Shown here: piece by piece, positions 11,010 to 24,833 of the stretch
Position numbering within the stretch: the stretch's first letter is position 1
How the letters are laid out: each line of letters opens with the position of its first letter
Origin: Octopus vulgaris
Taxonomy: Eukaryota
Assembly: GCA_951406725.2 (NCBI GenBank)
Contig: OX597841.1
Location: forward strand, 25,854,001-25,918,000
Reading direction: 5' to 3'
Length of the DNA stretch: 64,000 nt
Notes under the pieces: generated by a model
Database searches by the model: none
What the model saw: only the letters and a program-made list of their open reading frames with translations
Told to the model about the DNA's origin: nothing
Made by a program: the position numbers and the translations under genes

Positions 11010-13382
11010 ATTGCTTGAGAAGACCCAGCAAGTGAGACTGTAACCATGGCCTTTGTCAGTGCAGCATAACTGGCCCTTCAGTCATTGAACAATAAACTGT
11101 GCTTGCAAAGACCTGTTGTATCAAGTCATTGTTGTGGGCAATGACAGTACTGCCTGATTGGCACATAGCACCATTCGAGCGTGGTCGATGCCAGTGCCGC
11201 CTGACTGGTTCCGTACCAGTGGCACATAAAAAGCACCATTTGAGTGTGATTGTTGCCAGTGCCACCTGACTGGCTCCTGTGCCGGTGGCACATAAAAAGC
11301 ACCATTTGAGTGTGATTGTTGCCAGTGTCACCTGACTGGTTCCATACCAGTGGCACATAAAAAGCACCATTTGAGTGTGATTGTTGCCAGTGCCACCTGA
11401 CTGGCTCCTGTGCCGGTGGCACATAAAAAGCACCATTTGAGTGTGATTGTTGCCAGTGCCACCTGACTGGCTCCCTGTGCCGGTGGCACATAAAAAGCAC
11501 CATTTGAGTGTGATTGTTGCCAGTGCCATCTGACTGGCTCCCGTGCTGGTGGCACATAAAAAGCACCATTTGAGTGTGATTGTTGCCAGTGCCACCTGAC
11601 TGGCTCCTGTGCTGGTGGCACATAAAAAGCACCATTTGAGTGTGATTGTTGCCAGTGCCACCTGACTGGCTCCTGTGCTGGTGGCACATAAAAAGCACCA
11701 TTTGAGTGTGATTGTTGCCAGTGCCACCTGACTGGCTCCTGTGCCGGTGGCACATAAAAAGCACCATTTGAGTGTGATTGTTGCCAGTGCCACCTGACTG
11801 GCTCCGTGCCGGTGGCACATAAAAAGCACCATTTGAGTGTGATTGTTGCCAGTGCCATCTGACTGGCTCCTGTGCTGGTGGCACATAAAAAGCACCATTT
11901 GAGTGTGATTGTTGCCAGTGCCACCTGACTGGCTCCCGTGCCGGTGGCACATAAAAAGCACCATTTGAGTGTGATTGTTGCCAGTGCCACCTGACTGGCT
12001 CCCATGCCGGTGGCACATAAAAAGCACCATTTGAGTGTAGTTGTTACTAGTGCCACATAGCTGGTTCCTGTGCTGCTGGTACATAAAAAGCATCATTCGA
12101 GTGTGATTGTTGCCAGTGCCACCTGACTGGCTCCTGTGCTGGTGGCACATAAAAAGCACCATTTGAGTGTGATTGTTGCCAGTGCCACCTGACTGGCTCC
12201 TGTGCTGGTGGCACATAAAAAGCACCATTTGAGTGTGATTGTTGCCAGTGCCACCTGACTGGCTCCTGTGCTGGTGACACATAAAAAGCACCATTTGAGT
12301 GTGATTGTTGCCAGTGCCACCTGACTGGCTCCCGTGCCGGTGGCACATAAAAAGCACCATTTGAGTGTGATTGTTGCCAGTTCCACCTGACTGGCTCCTG
12401 TGCTGGTGGCACATAAAAAGCACCATTTGAGTGTGATTGTTGCCAGTGCCACCTGACTGGCTCCTGTGCCGGTGGCACATAAAAAGCACCATTTGAGTGT
12501 GATTGTTGCCAGTTCCACCTGACTGGCTCCTGTGCTGGTGGCACATAAAAAGCACCATTTGAGTGTGATTGTTGCCAGTGCCACCTGACTGGCTCCCGTG
12601 CCGGTGGCACATAAAAAGCACCATTTGAGTGTGATTGTTGCCAGTGCCACCTGACTGGCTCCTGTGCTGGTGGCACATAAAAAGCACCATTTGAGTGTGA
12701 TTGTTGCCAGTGCCACCTGACTGGCTCCCGTGCCGGTGGCACATAAAAAGCACCATTTGAGTGTGATTGTTGCCAGTGCCACCTGACTGGCTCCGTGCCG
12801 GTGGCACATAAAAAGCACCATTTGAGTGTGATTGTTGCCAGTGCCACCTGACTGGCTCCCGTGCCGGTGGCACATAAAAAGCACCATTTGAGTGTGATTG
12901 TTGCCAGTGCCACCTGACTGGCTCCCGTGCTGGTGGCACATAAAAAGCACCATTTGAGTGTGATTGTTGCCAGTGCCACCTGACTGGCTCCCATGCAGAT
13001 GGCACATAAATAACACCAATCGAGCATGGTTGGATGCCACTGCTGACTGAATCGTCCCGTGCCGGTGGCACATAAAAACACCCTTCAAGCATGGTCATTG
13101 CTAGTACCACCTTACTGGCTCCCATACTGGTGGCACATAAGAAGAAACATTCAAACGTGGTCAATGCCAGTACTACGTGACTGGCCCTCATGCTGGTGAT
13201 ATGTAAAAAGCACCCACTACACTTTCAGAGTGGTTGGCGTTAGGAAGGGCATCAAGCTGTAGAAACTTTGCCAGATCAGATTGGAGCCTGGTGCAGCCTT
13301 CTGGCACACCAGTCCTCAGTCAAACTGTCCAACCCATGCCAGCATGGAAAGCGGATGTTAAACGACGATGATGATGATGATT
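11010..13382 (+). mobile_element. Family B element whose internal module is expanded into a ~30-copy 66-bp minisatellite (11190-13210)
   Basis: gccagtg...ctgactgg at 11255, 11321, 11386, 11452 and onward. The array runs directly into the family B body and (GAT)n tail at 13363-13382. Confidence 0.9.
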
Positions 13383-13445
13383 AGGTCATCCTATAAATAA
13401 TGCATTTTTTTAATGCTTCGTTTATTTTTCAAAATTAAGATAACT

Positions 13446-13661
13446 TTTTACTCTTTTACTTGTTTCAGTCATTTGACTGTGGCCATGCTGGAGCACCACC
13501 TTTAATCGAGCAACTCGACCCTGGGACTTATTCTTTTGTAAGCCCAGTACTTATCCTATTGGTCTCTTTTGCCGAACCGCTAAGTAACGGGGACATAAAC
13601 ACACCAGCATCGGTTGTCAAGCAATGCTAGGGGGACAAACACAGACACACAAACATACACA

Positions 13662-13699
<38 letters not shown>

Positions 13700-13864
13700 T
13701 ATACGATGGGCTTCTTTCAGTTTCCGTCTACCAAATCCACTCACAAGGCTTTGGTCAGCCCGAGGCTATAGTAGAAGACACTTGCCCAAGGTGCCACGCG
13801 GTGGGACTAAACCCGGAACCATTAAGTTGGTAAACAAGCTACGTACCAAACAGCCACTCCTGCA

Positions 13865-13908
<44 letters not shown>

Positions 13909-14066
13909 GGCTTCTTTCAGTTTCCATCTACCAAATTCACTCACAAGGCTTTGGTCGGCCCGAGGCTATAGTAGAAGACACTTGGCCAAGGTGCCAAGCA
14001 GTGGGACTGAACCCGGAACCATGTGGTTGGTAAACAAGCTACGTACCAAACAGCCAGTCCTGCGCC
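13446..14066 (-). mobile_element. Family A SINE with tandemly duplicated 5' head
   Basis: Head segment present twice (13705-13867 and 13905-14066). Both share the variant acgtaccaaacagcca. Confidence 0.8.
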
Positions 14067-14123
14067 AAGTTCTTTTTTAAACTAAAATATCTTCATTTTC
14101 TAAAATGCTACCACTACTACTAT

Positions 14124-14174
<51 letters not shown>

Positions 14175-14284
14175 AACTACTACCACCAGCACTGCTGCTG
14201 CTGCTACTACTACTACTACCACTACTACTACCACCACCATCACTACACTACTACCACTACTACTACTACCACCACCATCACTAC

Positions 14285-14340
<56 letters not shown>

Positions 14341-14588
14341 AACTACTACTACTAGCACTGCTGCTGCTGCTACTACTACTACTGCTACCACTACTACTAC
14401 CACCACCGCCACAACCCCCTAAAAATCCCCTGCGTATTATATTCAAGGGCGGACTATACCCGAGGATTTATGGTAACTAATTCCACTGAATCTTAATTAT
14501 TTTTTTACATACGTACACACACACACACACATACATATATATATACACACACACACATATATACACTCACACACTCTCCCACACATAT

Positions 14589-15002
14589 ACTCTTTTACTC
14601 TTTTACTTGTTTCAGTCATTTGACTGCGGCCATGCTGGAGCACCGCCTTTAGTCGAGCAAATTGACACCGGAACTTATTCTTTGTAAGCCTAGTACTTAT
14701 TCTATCGGTCTCTTTTGCCGAACCGCTAAGTGATGGGGACGTAAACACACCAGCATCGGTTGTCAAGCAATGCTAGGGGGGACAAACACAGACACACAAA
14801 CACATACACACATATATATATATATATATACATATATACGACAGGCTTCTTTCAGTTTCCGTCTACCAAATCCACTCACAAGGCATTGGTCGGCCCGGGG
14901 CTATAGCAGAAGACACTTGCCCAAGATGTCACGCAGTGGGACTGAACCCGGAACTATGTGGTTGGTTAGCAAGCTACTTACCACACAGCCACTCCTGCGC
15001 CT
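14589..15002 (-). mobile_element. Family A SINE, full length
   Basis: Reverse complement of the family A consensus. Confidence 0.85.
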
Positions 15003-15450
15003 ATACATATATATATACACCACATATGCACACATATATACTTACACATCATATTCCCTCACAAGGTCTTCGTGGGTGTGGAGCTGTACTGAAGGACCCT
15101 CTAGATGCCATGCCTTGGGATCGAACCTGAAACCATGCGGTCAGGAACCAAACTTTTCTGTCACACATCCACATAACTTTGTGTTTGCATTTGACCCATA
15201 CCCACCACCTTTTATTCAGCCAGTCCTGGTTTGTTTACATCCCTCTGTCATAGCAGTTCGTCAAAAGACACCGGTGACATAAGTAGTAGACTTACCTTAA
15301 GCCTTGGGTCAACTACCTGACCCTACAAGGTGGTGCTCCAACTTGGCCGCAGTCCAATGATTGCAACTAGGGGAGTTAACTATTGTGATGCCTAACCTGC
15401 TTCTAAGAGAAGGCCTCTGGTTCTTTGATACAAGCTTCATGATCTAAATT

Positions 15451-16021
15451 CAGGAGTGGCTGTGTGGTAAGTAGCTTGCTAACCAGCCACATGGTTCTGG
15501 GTTCAGTCCCACTGCGTGGCATCTTGGGCAAGTGTCTTCTACTATAGCCTTGGGCCAACCAAAGCCTTGTGAGTGGATTTGGTAGACGGAAACTGAAAGA
15601 AGCCCGTCGTATATATGTATATATATATATATATATATATAGGTGCAGGAGTGGCTGTGTGGTAAGTAGCTTGTTTACCAACCACATGGTTCTGGGTTCA
15701 GTCCCACCGCGTGGCACCTTGGGCAAGTGTCTTCTACTTTAGCCCCGGACCGACCAAAGCCTTGTGAGTGGATTTGGTAGACGGAAACTGAAAGAAGCTC
15801 GTCGTATATATATATATATATGTATGTGTGTGTTTGTGTTTGTCCCTCCAACATCGCATGACGACCGATGCTGGTGTGTTTACGTCCCCGTAACTTAGCG
15901 GTTCGGCAAAAGAGACCGATAGAATAAGTACTGGGCTTACAAAGAATAAGTCCCGGGGTCGAGTTGCTCAATTAAAGGCGGTGCTCCAGCATGACCGCAG
16001 TCAAATGACTGAAACAAGTAA
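15451..16021 (+). mobile_element. Family A SINE with two heads in tandem
   Basis: caggagtggctgtgtggtaag at 15451 and ~15646; single 3' body. Confidence 0.8.
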
Positions 16022-16096
16022 AAAAAAAATAAAAAGAAATACTAATTACCACCACCACTGCCACCACCACCACTTCTGTTACTATTACTACTACCA

Positions 16097-16139
<43 letters not shown>

Positions 16140-16724
16140 CAACACTACTGTTGCTGCTGCTACTCCTACTGCTACCACTGCTACTACTACCACCACCACT
16201 GCCACCACCACCACAACCACTACTGCTACTATTACTACTACCACTATCACCACCACCACCACCATCACTACACCACCTCTACCACTACTACTACTACCGC
16301 CATCATCGCCACCACTACCACCACCACTACTACTCCCAACGCCACCACTACCACCACACATCGCCATCACCATACAGCACAACCACCACCACAACTACCT
16401 CTGTCATCACAGCCACCACTGTCACCACCACCACCAACACCACTACAACCAAAACCACTTCCACAACCACCAGGCACCACCATCACCACTGCTGCCACCC
16501 TCACCCTTACACCCCCCCCCAGCAGCCTCTTCAGCATTGTAGTCATGTGCTAAAGGCCAATCTTTGATTAACCTCCAATCCAATGAATGCTTCCCTCCCT
16601 GGGGCCATATTCACCCACTTCCAGCCTCTCTCTACCTCTCTCTTATTCATTCTTTTACATCTTAAGCTTGTCGTCTCTATGTTTTTCTTTCTCTCCCTCT
16701 CACTCTCATGTATGTATGTGTGTG

Positions 16725-16756
<32 letters not shown>

Positions 16757-16789
16757 AATGTACATATTTACGCACATACATACACATAT

Positions 16790-16820
<31 letters not shown>

Positions 16821-17164
16821 ACTACATACATACATAGAGGGTATGTTAACATACCCTCTAATTAAATTATATATATCTTTGTATATATATGTATATATAT
16901 ATATATACCCTCCATTTAAATTATGTATATATATATATACACACACACATATACATGCATATACACACATACACACACGTATATATACACATACATAGTT
17001 ACATACATACACATATAATCATGCATATATGTATGTATATAGACTGATATGTAGATAAATGTATATATGTATGTGCATGTACTTATGTATATGTGTGTGT
17101 ATATATGTATATATATATATGTATGTTTATATATGTGTTTATATATATATATATATATATTATG

Positions 17165-17195
<31 letters not shown>

Positions 17196-17416
17196 GTGCA
17201 TGTGTGTGTGTATATATATATGTGCATGTGTGTGTGTATATATATATGTGCATGTGTGTGTGTATATATATATTATGTATGTATGTTTATATATATATAT
17301 ATATATATACATACACATATATGTGCATGTGTGTGTGTATATATATATTTACATGTATACACATCTGGGTATATATGTTTATGCCAGTGTATACAGTGTG
17401 TATGTATGTATGTATG

Positions 17417-17467
<51 letters not shown>

Positions 17468-17502
17468 ATATATATGTATATATATATACTCACACACAAG
17501 CA

Positions 17503-17537
<35 letters not shown>

Positions 17538-18033
17538 CGAATTTGACCCGTGGTCATTCAATTTCTGAAGCCACCTTTACAGTTTGGCCGTTTGGACGCT
17601 GTCCACCTGTGTGTAATGTAGGCCACAATCTGCTTTCGTTCCAGAAGCGCCGCAACCACTGAGAACAAAAAGCTAAGAACAAAAAGGAACAATTAGTAAA
17701 ATGCAATCGCTACCCCGCCACCCACCCACCCTGCCAACCCTGCCTTTACCACCACCTCCACCACCACCACCACCACCACCACCGCCCCACCACCGTCAGC
17801 GTTGCCATCGTCACCTGTACCATCACCACCGCCACCATCACCACCACCGTTGCAATGATGACTACCACCATCGCCACCGCCACCTCAATACCACAGCCAC
17901 CTCAATACCACAGCCACCACCACCACCGCCACCTTTGTGTCCCCTCTTCCCACCCTTAATGCCATCCACCTCCCTATTCTTTTATTCTTCTGTTCATTAA
18001 TTAGTCTTCATTCAGTAGAAAGGGTACCAAAAC

Positions 18034-18635
<602 letters not shown>

Positions 18636-18909
18636 AAATGCATGCACACTCATTTAGATGCATGCATGCACTCACAAACATGCGCATATATGCAGGGGCC
18701 AGCATATGCATGCACACACACACACACACACACATGCATACATGCACACACACATCATGTGTTCACTCATACACACACACATGCACAAAGCAGTGCACAC
18801 ATATCTGCAGGCATGCAAATGGACATGCACATATTTGCAAACGAATATACATGCATGCACATGCACACTGCCACATGCATGTACACCCACACACATACAC
18901 GCACTTGCA

Positions 18910-18945
<36 letters not shown>

Positions 18946-18996
18946 CATACATTGTATATATATATGTATGTATTCTTTCTTTTCTTTCTTTTTAAT

Positions 18997-19197
18997 TGTT
19001 TCAGTCATTTGACTGCGGCCATGCTGGAGCACCGCCTTTAGTCGAGCAAATCGACCACGGGACTTATTCTTTTGTAAGCCGAGTACTTATTCTATCGGTC
19101 TCTTTTTGCCGAACCGCTAAGTGACGGGGACGTAAACACACCAGCATCGGTTGTCAAGCAATGCTAGGGAGACAAACACAACACACAAACACACACA

Positions 19198-19234
<37 letters not shown>

Positions 19235-19863
19235 CTTAAGAATTCCTAGAACTACTGGACTGGAGTATTGTATTGTTGTCATTCCAGTATTTCTAGCTGG
19301 GACCTGGTATTTTGTTTTCATTGCAGTGTTTCTGGCTGGGAGAGAACTGGTATTGTTTTGTGGTCGTTGCAGTATTTCTAGCTGAGAGAGACCTGATGTT
19401 TAGGATCTTAGCACATTGGAATTTTGAGCAGTTTGATTAATTTCTAATGGGTTTGATTAATTAAAACAGGCAGACCCCCCCCGGCACCTGTGCAGGTGGC
19501 ACATAAAAAGCACCCACTACACTCGCGGAGTGGTTGGCGTTAGGGAGGGCATCCAGCTGTAGAAACACTGCCAGATCAGACTGGAGCCTGGTGCAGCCTT
19601 CTGGCTTCCCAGACCCCGGTCGAACCGTCCAACCCATGCTAGTGTGGAAAACGGACGTTAAACGATGATGATGATGATGATGATATATATACACATATAC
19701 GACAGGATTCTTTCAGTTTCCGTCTACCAAATCCACTCACAAGGCATTGGTCGGCCCGGGGCTATAGCAGAAGACACTTGCCCAAGGTGCCATGTAGTGG
19801 GACTGAACCCGGAACCATGTGGTTGATCAGCAAGCTACTTACCACACAGCCACTCCTGCGCCT
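18997..19863 (-). mobile_element. Family A SINE split at its central TA tract by ~490 bp that includes a short family B copy (19472-19684, +)
   Basis: 3' part at 18997-19200 and head at 19690-19863, same orientation and collinear. Confidence 0.7.
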
Positions 19864-20035
19864 ATTCATTCATGTATATATATATATGTATAACCCTAAC
19901 CTTTTTTTCCTGTCCCATGTACTTTCGCTTTCTGCAATCATTACCCTTAAATACAAACCCATGACATAACAGCTTCTATGTGGTCTCTGAGCCTGCTAGA
20001 AACAACAGCCTAAAACAGTCTCATCGCTCTCATCA

Positions 20036-20420
20036 GGCGTGGCTGTGTGGTAAGAAGCTGGATTCCCAACCACATGGTTCCTGGTTCAGTCCCACTGCGT
20101 GGCACCTTGGGCAAATGTCTTCTACTATAGCCTCGGGTTGACTAAAACTTTGTGAGTGGATTTGGTAGACGGAAACTAAAAGAAGCCCGTCGTATATATA
20201 TGTATGTGTGTGTCTATGTTTGTGTGTGTTTGTGTTTGTCCCCCCCCCAACATTGCTTGACAACCGATGCTGATGTGTTTACGTCCCCGTAATTTAGTGG
20301 TTCGGCAAAAGAGACCGATGGAATAAGTATTAGGCTTACAAATCCTGGGGTCGATTTATTCGACTAAAGGCGGTGCTCCAGCATGGCCGCAGTCAAATGA
20401 CTGAAAGAAGTAAAAGAGAG
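20036..20420 (+). mobile_element. Family A SINE (another partial copy follows at ~20465-20660)
   Basis: Matches the family A consensus. Confidence 0.8.
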
Positions 20421-20658
20421 TAGACACACAGACTGGCAATCTGTCAGTTATGACAATGAGGATTGACCAAAGCCTTGTGAGTGGCTTTGGCAGACAGAAA
20501 CTGAAAGAAGCCCGTCTTATATATGTATATATATATATATGTATGCATGTGTATATGTTTGTGTGTCTGTGTTTATCAGCCCCCCCCCTTCCCCAACATC
20601 GCTTGACAACTGATGCTGATGTGTTTATGTCCCAGTAACTTAGCAGTTCGGCAAAAGA

Positions 20659-21836
20659 GAAAATGAAGGACCTAGTCCTAGATACATGGGTTTAAAATAA
20701 AAGATGTGATGGTCACAGCTGGAGCATCTTTGATCATATGTCAGCTGGATTGGGAAACTTGACCTAGGGTTAAACAGCAACAATAAAGGATCTAGCCCTT
20801 GATACAATGTTTCAGAATAGAAGACAGGGTGGTCACAGATGGAACATCTTTGGTCATTGATCCACTGGATCAATTTTGACCTGGGGCTAAACAACAAAAA
20901 TGAAGGACCTAGTCCTAGATACAATGTTTCAGAATAGAAGACAGGGTGGTCACAGATGGAACATCTTTGGTCATTGATGCATTGGATCAATTTTGACCTG
21001 GAGCTAAACAACAAAAATGGAGGACCTAGTCTTAGATACATGGGTTTAAAATAGAAGACAGGGTGGTCACAGATGGAACATCTTTGATCGTAGATCTACA
21101 GGGTCAGTTTTGACCAGTAGCTAAATAACAACAACACAGGACTAAGTTCTAGATATACTGTTTCAGAATAGAAGACAGGGTGGTCACAGATGGAACATCT
21201 TTGATCATAGGTCTGCTGGATCAGGTGTAACCTAGGGCTAAACAGCAAAAATGGAGGACCTAGTCTTAGATACATGGGTTTAAAATAAAAGGCGTGATGG
21301 TCACAGCTGGAACATCTTTGATCATAGGTCTGCTGGATCAGGTGTAACCTAGGGCTAAACAGCAACAATGAAGGACCTAGTCCTTGATACAATGTTTCAG
21401 AATAGAAGACAGGGTGGTCACAGCTGGAACATCTTTGATCATAGGTCTGCTGGATCAGGTGTAACCTAGGGCTAAACAGCAACAATGAAGGACCTAGTCC
21501 TTGATACAATGTTTCAGAATAGAAGACAGGGTGGTCACAGATGGAACATCTTTGGTCATTGATCCACTGGATCAATTTTGACCTGGGGCTAAACAACAAA
21601 AATGAAGGACCTAGTCCTAGATACAATGTTTCAGAATAGAAGACAGGGTGGTCACAGATGGAACATCTTTGATTGTAGATCTACAGGGTCAGTTTTGACC
21701 AGTAGCTAAATAACAACAACACAGGACTAAGTTCTAGATGTACTGTTTCAGAATAGAAGACAGGGTGGTCATGGATGGAACACCTTTGGTCATAGGTCTG
21801 CTGGATTAGGAAACTGACCAGTGGCTAAACAACAGC
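20659..21836. repeat. 117-bp satellite, 10 monomers, approximate 5-mer higher-order structure
   Basis: ggtca(cag) at 20711, 20831, 20948, 21065, 21182, 21299, 21416, 21533, 21650, 21767. Confidence 0.9.
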
Positions 21837-22137
21837 ATATATCACACCTACATTGCGCCCCTCCAACCACCGCGATTTCATAACCAAAACTACCTCCTCA
21901 GCACACCAACACCACTAATGCTACATCCAAAACAGTGATGTATTAGAAGATTATTCCTTGCTTCACTAGAAAATGTGAATTCAGTAACTTTTGCCAGATT
22001 GTAAATCATAAAATATACAAGCATACGGGTTATATATAGGGGTGTCTGTGTACAAACACACACACGCACACACACTCACACTTAAATATGCATTTATGTA
22101 TGTAACTATATATGTACATATAAATATATATATATAA

Positions 22138-22187
<50 letters not shown>

Positions 22188-22213
22188 CATCATCATCATC
22201 GTTTATATATGTG

Positions 22214-22256
<43 letters not shown>

Positions 22257-22259
22257 TTG

Positions 22260-22296
<37 letters not shown>

Positions 22297-22299
22297 TTG

Positions 22300-22332
<33 letters not shown>

Positions 22333-22504
22333 TTGTATATATATATATGTGTGTGTGTGTTTATATATATATATATATGTGTGTGTGTTTGTGTATATAT
22401 ATATATATATATATATAATTATATATCTATAGACATATGGACATAAATGTATGTACATATTTATATATGTGGATGTGTGTGAATATATATTTATATATAT
22501 ATAT

Positions 22505-22759
22505 CATCATCATCATTCTTTAACGTCCATTTTCTATACTGGCATGGGTTGGATGGTTTGACTGAGGGCTGGCAAGCCACGAGGCTGCACCAGGCTCCAG
22601 TCTGATCTGCCAGAGTTTCTACTGCTGGATGCCCTTCCTAACGCCAACCACTCCAAGAGTGTAGTGGGTGCTTTTTACATGTCACTGGCACAAGAGCCAG
22701 TCATGGGGTACTGGCATTGGCCATGATCGGTTGGTGCTTTTTATATAAATGTATATATA

Positions 22760-22796
<37 letters not shown>

Positions 22797-23163
22797 GGCA
22801 CGTAAAAAGCACCATCCAAATTTGGTCGATGCCAGGTCCGCCTGACTGGCTCCCATGCTGGTGGCACATAAGAAGCACCAACTGAATGTTCCCCAATGCC
22901 ACTACTTCTAGACTGGCTCACGTGCCAGTGGCATGTAAAAAGCACCATCCGAACATGATTGTTACCAGGCCCGCCTTACTGGCTCCTGTGCCGGTGGCAC
23001 ATAAAAAGCATCATCTACACTCTTGGAGTGGTTGGCGTTAGGGAGGGCATCAGGCTGTAGAAACTCTGCCAGATGATATTGGAGCCTGGTGCAACTGCTG
23101 GCTCTCCAGACCTCAGTCAAACTGTCCAACTCATGCTAGCATGGAAAATGGATGTTAAACGAT
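22505..23163. mobile_element. Inverted (head-to-head) pair of family B elements around a microsatellite
   Basis: 22505-22745 is minus strand (starts with the catcat tail); 22797-23163 is plus strand (ends gatgttaaacgat). Confidence 0.75.
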
Positions 23164-23765
23164 GTGTGGTAAGTAGCTTGCTTATCAACCACATGGTTCC
23201 GGGTTCAGTCCCTTTGCGTGGCACCTTGGGCAAGTGTCTTCTACTATAGCCTCAGGCTGATCAAAGCCTTGTGAGTGGATTTGGTAGACGGAAACTGAAA
23301 GAAGCCCATCGTATATATGTATATGTGTGTATATGTTTGTGTGTCTGTGTTTGTCCCCCCAACTTTGCTTGACAACCTATTTCATTATTACCCACAAGGG
23401 GCTAAACATAGAAGGGACAAACAAGGACAGACATAGGTATTAAGTCGATTACATCGACCCCAGTGCGTAACTGGTACTTAATTTATCGACCCCGAAAGGA
23501 TGAAAGGCAAAGTCGACCTCAGCGGAATTTGAACTCACAACGTTGCGCCAGACGAAATACTTCTAAGCATTTCGCCCGGCACACTAACGTTTCTGCCAGC
23601 TCGCCGATGCTGGTGTGTTTACATCCCTGTAACTTAGCGGTTCAGCAAAAGAGACCGATAGAATAAGTACTGGGCTTACAAAGAATAAGTCCCGAGGTTG
23701 ATTTGCTCGACTAAAGGTGGTGCTCCAGCATGGCCAAAGTCAAATGACTGAAACAAGTAAAAGAG

Positions 23766-23766
<1 letters not shown>
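23164..23766 (+). mobile_element. Family A SINE interrupted by a family D SINE
   Basis: Consensus gacaacc|gatgctgg is split at 23377/23606. Confidence 0.8.
23378..23605 (-). mobile_element. Family D tRNA-derived SINE
   Basis: Minus strand ggcgagctggcagaaacgttag...gagttcaaattcc (B box)...gactttgcctttcatcctttcggggtcgataaattaagtaccag, resembling the central domain of Sauria/Meta-type SINEs. Other copies at 33.7 and 36.6 kb. Confidence 0.8.
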
Positions 23767-23797
<31 letters not shown>

Positions 23798-24833
23798 TGT
23801 TGTTTTAGGGAGAGTCATTATGCCAATATAATTAACACACGCACTAATTCAATTCCACTCCTTTATTATTAGTCAATTGGTTAAATATCCAACTAATTAA
23901 TCAATTGTTTTATTTAATTTGTTTTTGTTTGTCCAAACTCTTTCGTTGCTACATGTGACCTTTTCAATGACTACTGACTGAGTCCATTATGGAGGCCGCA
24001 TTTTTCTGTTAGATTTTGTTGCATGTGTGTGTGCTATGTACATACATGTCTGTCTGTCTGTTTGTATGTATGTGCATATGTATGTATTCTGTATAATCAT
24101 GTATTTGTGTGTTTGTGTATGCATATATGTGTGTGTCTGTTTGTGTGTATACCTCTGCTTCCTTTTGTGTGTGTGTTAACTGTATTAACTGTGAAACTAG
24201 AAATGTAGTCTTCAGCATAAGCTGCATAGAAGGTGTTTCTAAGGACAGAAATGTGACATTTATAGTGGGGAGACCTCTAGCAGTATAGCAGGGAGACTAA
24301 ATGAGTACTGGAAGAATATAATGGCAAGAAACAGTCCTCCATACTCTATCAATATGCTAAAGACCAACATGGTGGCACACTGGGCTGAATTGACATCTGC
24401 ATTTTGTCCAGCACCCAAAGGACCCATCACTTTGACACAAACAAGAGCATATCCTCATAATTGAAATGTTACCTGTACTAAATAAGAAATACATGTAGAA
24501 AGTAGAGATACCCCAATACCACAGATACCACCCACAAAGTGTACATACATAGATAAATGTACATACATAGTAAGTAAGCAGTCAAGTAGGTAAATAGATA
24601 GGTAGATAGGTAAGTAGATATACCTGTAATTATTAGGTAGATAGATGAATGGATAGAAATGTAGATAGATAATAGATAGATGGATAGATAGATATGTAGA
24701 TAAATAGATATGTAGACAGGTAGAGGTATATATGTAACGGGAAGGTTTACGAAAATAAACAAAAGACGAAGGCAGGTGGAGTACAAACAAACAAATGTAT
24801 TAGTATGGCGCTCAGGAATAGAAATAGAAAAAG

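Noticed and set aside
11056-13191. 711-aa ORF and overlapping long ORFs; also a CRISPR-like look from palindromic repeats
   Set aside because: The 66-bp unit equals 22 codons and is open in all three minus frames with frame switching. There are no unique spacers or cas genes, and the array lies inside a retroposon.
14420-14476. TIR-like end ggcggactatacccgaggatttatggta of a Tc1/pogo-type MITE
   Set aside because: No matching opposite terminus found in the window.
20640-21626. ORFs with repeated C-x2-C-x-H (QRCSICDHP) resembling zinc-binding repeats
   Set aside because: The 117-bp satellite equals 39 codons. In-frame stops occur, the spacing does not fit C2H2 fingers, and related monomers elsewhere have other lengths.
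23931-23972. Possible variant hammerhead on the minus strand (GTCA-TTGAAAA...GAAAG-AG-TTT-GGAC, U3/A8 type)
   Set aside because: Stem II pairs poorly, stem I has a mismatch and there is no second copy in the window. Revisit with a family consensus.
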